Program-made: the position numbers and the translations under genes
Source of the DNA: Felis catus
Taxonomy: Eukaryota
NCBI RefSeq assembly: GCF_018350175.1
Contig: NC_058381.1
Coordinates: 2,418,001 to 2,482,000 of the forward strand
Length of the DNA stretch: 64,000 nucleotides
Direction: 5' to 3'
Notes under the pieces: generated by a model
Database searches by the model: none
Told to the model about the DNA's origin: nothing
What the model saw: only the letters and a program-made list of their open reading frames with translations
In this document: positions 59,613 to 64,000 of the stretch, one piece after another
How the letters are laid out: each line of letters opens with the position of its first letter
Position numbering within the stretch: position 1 is the stretch's first letter

Positions 59613-60387
59613 GGATGAGCCGGCTACTGGAGTCCGCTCCACGTTTCCATCCACCCACCCACCCTCAGGGTCGTTCTCATCCGAACCAGTCCGCTGGTGT
59701 GACTTTTAATCATTCATTCCACTGCAATTGTAAAATTCTGAGCCAGAGTTTTAGTCGAACTGCAGATCCTTAGAAGGGGTAGGGATTTCCAGGCTGATGT
59801 TTGGCAGCAGTTACTGCCCGCTGTCCCGTGCATGTACTACCGGTTCATTTATTTTGGCTGAGATTCCTCCTACTTAGGTATCCTGGGGCCAAAGTCTGCC
59901 CTGTCCTCCCCATCTCCCTACTTCCCTGATGGCCTAGAGGACAGAGTCTCGCCAGTGGAAGGAACTAGGGGTTTGCGGCCGCCTCCCTCCCTGAACCTGG
60001 TTGGGACGGTCTCCAGGACCCCAGTGCTGGGTAGGGGGTGGGGAAGGGGGACGAGAATGACTCAGGCAGGGCCCCAGGGTGGGGTGAGGAGGTTCCTGCT
60101 CTGGCAGGTCCAGGCGGAAGGGAGTGGAGGCTGCTGGTTCCTGCTGCAGTGAAGGGGAACAGAAATGGGGCAATAAAGACTCAGAGACCTGGTTTAATCA
60201 TAAAAACTGTGTTCGTCCTAAAAAAAAATCATGTGTTGTATTTTGGGGGCAGGGTGAGGGAACCGCAGCACAGGCTTCTGAACTGCGGGCCAACAGGGTT
60301 CTAAAGAAGGGTTTGCAGCCTGGGGTGGGAGGTTCTGGGTGAAAAAGGAGAGTGAAGCCGTTCCTGGGAGGTCCATGTTCATGAGAG

Positions 60388-61719
60388 TTAGAGGTGGGTC
60401 AGGGGCATGGGGGTCCCTGACAGGGGAGGGTTGTACGCAGTGGGGGAGCCTGGGGGTAGGTAGGGGCTGTAGTGGGGGAGCAGCTCACCCTGGAGCCTCG
60501 GGTTACTCTGAGGGAGGGAGCACGGCGACGAGGCCTCTGGTTTGCAGTGGGAAGAGCTGCGAAGAGAGAGACGCTGGGGTTAGAGAGCGCGTTCCTGGGT
60601 TGGGAGGGGCCGGCAGGGCCCCCCAACTCACAATTGGGGGCGGGGCGCCTCAGCTCTAGCCAACGGAGGCAGAACCTGTCACCCACGTACCCGTCTCCCT
60701 GGCTCTCCGGGCCCCACCGGGTACCGCGGGTTCAGAACCAGAGCCCAGGATGGCTTAAGAGCAGTGCAGCGGCCGTGTCGGGGCACGCTCCGGAGCCGGC
60801 TTGCGTGCTGCGCCTGTTTTCCTCTTTCGGGGCAGCAGGCCAGGAAGGGGCAGAGTTGGGCCTGGCCTCTCCTTGCCCCGCGGGCTGGGAGAGGAAGCCG
60901 GGTCACGGGAGGGCCAGAAGCGGGGAGGAAACGGGAAATTCAGGTAACTAGAACGTGATCACGTCCGGGGGGGGGGGGGGGGATGTCCTGCGGGGCTCCC
61001 CTATCGGGCCAGGATGGAAACATCTTTCAGGGAAACCTGGGCCACCAGAGCGCTCCCGGCCCAGGCTTCACGGGGCACTGGGGGTGGGGTGGGTGGGTGT
61101 GCCCCGGGTCTCTCCTGGGAACAACCTCGGCACGGGGCGTACTCGGGGCCCCTGCCCGTCCCTCACCGCGCGTCCCAGGCACTCACCCGTAACCGGCAGG
61201 CAGGTAAGCGGTCGAGTAGTTGGGCGGCTGGTACCCAAAGCCTCTGCTCCCCTGCGTGGTCGCGTACCCGGGACCCCAGACCGGCCCGCCGCCGGCCACG
61301 CCGCCGCCTCCCTGGCCGAAGTGGGGCGGCCCGGCGGCCGCGCTCTTGGTCTTGCGCCGAGGCCGGTACTTGTAGTCGGGGTAGTCGCGCAGGTGCCGCG
61401 CCCGGAGCCGCTTGGCCTCTTCCACGAAGGGCCGCTTCTCGTCCTCGCCCAGCAGCTTCCACTGCGCGCCCAGGCGCTTGGAGATCTCCGAGTTGTGCAT
61501 CTTTGGGTTCTGCTGCGCCATCTGGCGGCGCTGCGCGGAGCTCCACACCATGAACGCGTTCATGGGTCGCTTCACCTTCTCCAAGGGAAGCCCCCCGGAC
61601 ACCACCGGGCTGCCGGCGCCTTCCCGCTCCTGGCAGCCCGAGGACGAGTTGGTAGGAGCAGCGGGAGCGGGCGGCTCCAAGCCCCAGGCCTGGTCGTGTG
61701 AAGAGCCGGGAAGCGCCAT
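60388..61719 (-). CDS. SOX15: SRY-box transcription factor 15, 2 exons, 233 aa
   Basis: Exons 61719-61187 and 60556-60388 (702 nt). HMG box [37 protein letters not shown]...[11 protein letters not shown]-terminus PMPLTHL*. Minus-strand ATTAAA at 60193-60198. Confidence 0.98.
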
Positions 61720-63842
61720 GGGGGCCGGTGGGGTGCAGGGAAGGCTTTAGAGGGCGTCCTACACGCCCTCCCCTCCAAAGTGAAACGCTGATGCCCAGGA
61801 CCGGTGTCCGGATGATGGAAGGGTCTCCCTAGTCTGGAGTCGTCCCAGAGAAACTCACGGCCTTGAGAAGTATACGTCGTCCCCAAGTTCAGAGTCTTTA
61901 GAATGGAGCGCCTGCTCCCAACCAATCAGGCACCCTCTGGAGAGCCAGGCGCTAAATCCGCTGCCCCGTACCCCGCAGGGGAGGGGATGCCCTCTCCGAC
62001 CCTTGAAGCCGCGGGGTCCCGGACCCAGCCCGCTGCCCCGCGGTCGCGCTCCCGGTCCCTGGAGTCCCGCGGCCGGATCGCCGCAGCCCCTCTCACCTGG
62101 CCTCAGCGTCTGTGGCTGGCGGGTGGGCCAGGCCGGGAACAGCTTTTAACCAGACTCCTCCCCATTCCCTCCCAGCAGACCGCGCCTCCTTAAGGGCGCC
62201 AACGTTCCCCCTCCCTTAGGCAAACCCAGGTGTCCCGGGCCTCCCAGCCCCCAACGCTCCCCCTGGGGCACCACGCCCCCTCCCCACCCAAGACCCAGAT
62301 GTGGAGCCTTCCGCCCCTGGTAGCTCTGATCCGCTTCCCCTCCCTTCTTGAGCTTTGGCAATTTAAAGTCAATTTTTTGGCACAATGGGATCAAGCACAG
62401 GAGAATCAAAAGCCCTCAGGGTCACAATTGAGCCTGGAGGAAGTTGGGAACACCCCACCCCCTACCCCAAACCCTTTTCTAGTGCCTACTGCTCCTCCAA
62501 ACCCCTGACCTGGCCCTGGGGCAAGAAAGGCAGTCGGGAGGCAGGCCATTTTTGTTTCCTGAGTCATCCCAGCAGGTGCTCAAGTGATGATTCAGCCCCT
62601 TTCTCCAGGTGAGAAAACTTCAATCCTCCCAACTCCAGCCCCCAAACCGTGGTTTCTCCACCGCCTGTTGTATCTCCAAACCGGAGTCTGAAGGCAGGGA
62701 GCCAGGGACCCCAAGACAACCCACCCCCAGGACTGAGCAGTCAGCAGCGTGGATGCCAGAGAAGAAGCCTGCATCCAGAGCAGAGAACCAGCAGGAGCGA
62801 GAGCTGGCCACCTAAGTCGCAGAGGCTGTCGTGAGGGAACCCTGCTCCCCATCCCGCCCCAGGCCCAGCCCAAGCCCCAGGCCTCAGGTAATCGGATTAA
62901 ACAGCCGGCCCTGGCTCTCAGCAGAAACGGGCTGGAGCCCGAGCGCCGCGGAGCAGCCCTACCTAGCCTGCTGTGACTCAGGGTAAAGGAGTGGCCCAGC
63001 TCTCCTACCAGCAGCCCGGGGGGAGGGGAGAAGCCAGAAGCCACAGGCCACGGTCCTCTGGACTTGAAAGCGACCAGGGCCTGGAGAACCTAGGAATGTC
63101 AGGAATTCCCAGAAGTAGACAATCTTTGGAACCCTAGAGAAGCCAGGTGTGGAGAAAACGGAAATGAGGGCCCGGGCAAGTCAAGCCTAGAGAAACCGAT
63201 GTGCCAAACTTGGCCCAAGGAAGGCGCGAGAACCACAGAGCCATTTGGATTTTTTTATTCTCTTTTTAAATACTGTACAGTGAAAAATAAATACGCCTTC
63301 TCATCCACCAGACAAGGTTGGTCCCCCCTCCCCTGGGGGACCTTGTCACCCCCCTTCATACACACCCCTGGTTCTACTCCAAAACCTTCCCCATGCCTCC
63401 CACCCACTTATACCCTTACTATCCCCGTCTTCCACAGTGATGAGGCCCCAGAAATGGGGGGTACAGGATGGGAGGAGGGATAGCAGGGGAGCCCCCCTGA
63501 ACTGTCAAATCTGGGTGGATCAAGGAGCACCCCGCACCAGCAGGCGGAGAATGGGGGTGTTCAGAGAGATCGGGGCATTGGAGGATAAAGGCACATCCAG
63601 TCTGATGGGGAAGGAGAGAGGCTCCCCTCACCCTGGGGGTAAGGGTGGACAAGAGGGAGGGGGGTATGACCCTGTTACACACCCCTCCACGAGCTCCTGG
63701 AGGNNNNNNNNNNNNNNNNNNNNNNNNNNNNNNNNNNNNNNNNNNNNNNNNNNNNNNNNNNNNNNNNNNNNNNNNNNNNNNNNNNNNNNNNNNNNNNNNN
63801 NNNNNNNNNNNNNNNNNNNNNNNNNNNNNNNNNNTGGAGGTT

Positions 63843-63938
63843 TTATGAAACCCCGTTCACCAAACTACCCAACTCCAGGGGGGCGGAGAGCTCCCCGTTC
63901 TCTGAGGGGCCCTTAGGAAGCTTGCTGACAGAGTCGCC
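63843..63938 (-). CDS. FXR2: FMR1 autosomal homolog 2, last coding exon (gene continues beyond the window)
   Basis: Acceptor ttcctccccag then GDSVSKLPKGPSENGELSAPLELGSLVNGVS*. 3'UTR extends to a minus-strand AATAAA at 63254-63259. Synteny with SOX15 agrees. Confidence 0.93.
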   Translation of the reverse strand, partial: GDSVSKLPKGPSENGELSAPLELGSLVNGVS

Positions 63939-64000
63939 CTGGGGAGGAAGTGGGAAAGGAGGATGGTCAGTAGAAATTCAGGTAAGACATCCCTCACCAT

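Overview
Mammalian genomic DNA, almost certainly from a felid (dense carnivore tRNA-derived CAN-SINEs, including young SINEC_Fc-type copies), syntenic with the human 17p13.1 gene cluster. Positions 1-25.7 kb are a repeat-dominated intergenic block (nested L1, LTR and SINE insertions plus one unique CpG-rich island). Positions 26-64 kb hold a compact cluster whose exon structures I reconstructed by hand from GT-AG sites and translation: TNFSF12/TWEAK (+, 249 aa), TNFSF13/APRIL (+, 250 aa), SENP3 (+, last exon in an N gap), EIF4A1 (+, end in N gaps; hosts SNORA48, SNORD10 and SNORA67), CD68 (+, 319 aa), MPDU1 (+, 246 aa), SOX15 (-, 233 aa) and the last exon/3'UTR of FXR2 (-). Most notable extra observations: (1) an apparent second, structurally intact SNORA48-family H/ACA snoRNA in EIF4A1 intron 4; (2) two inverted solo LTRs 6.7 kb apart sharing perfectly identical 142-bp and 64-bp patches, one abutting the TWEAK promoter; (3) a probable spliced or internally deleted L1 insertion; (4) a perfectly palindromic CTCF-like site in MPDU1 intron 6; (5) SINE insertions exactly at the TWEAK poly(A) site, in a locus where the TWE-PRIL read-through frame is intact; (6) substitutions at APRIL receptor-contact residues. 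Repeat family names and comparisons with human sequences come from my recall, not from searches.
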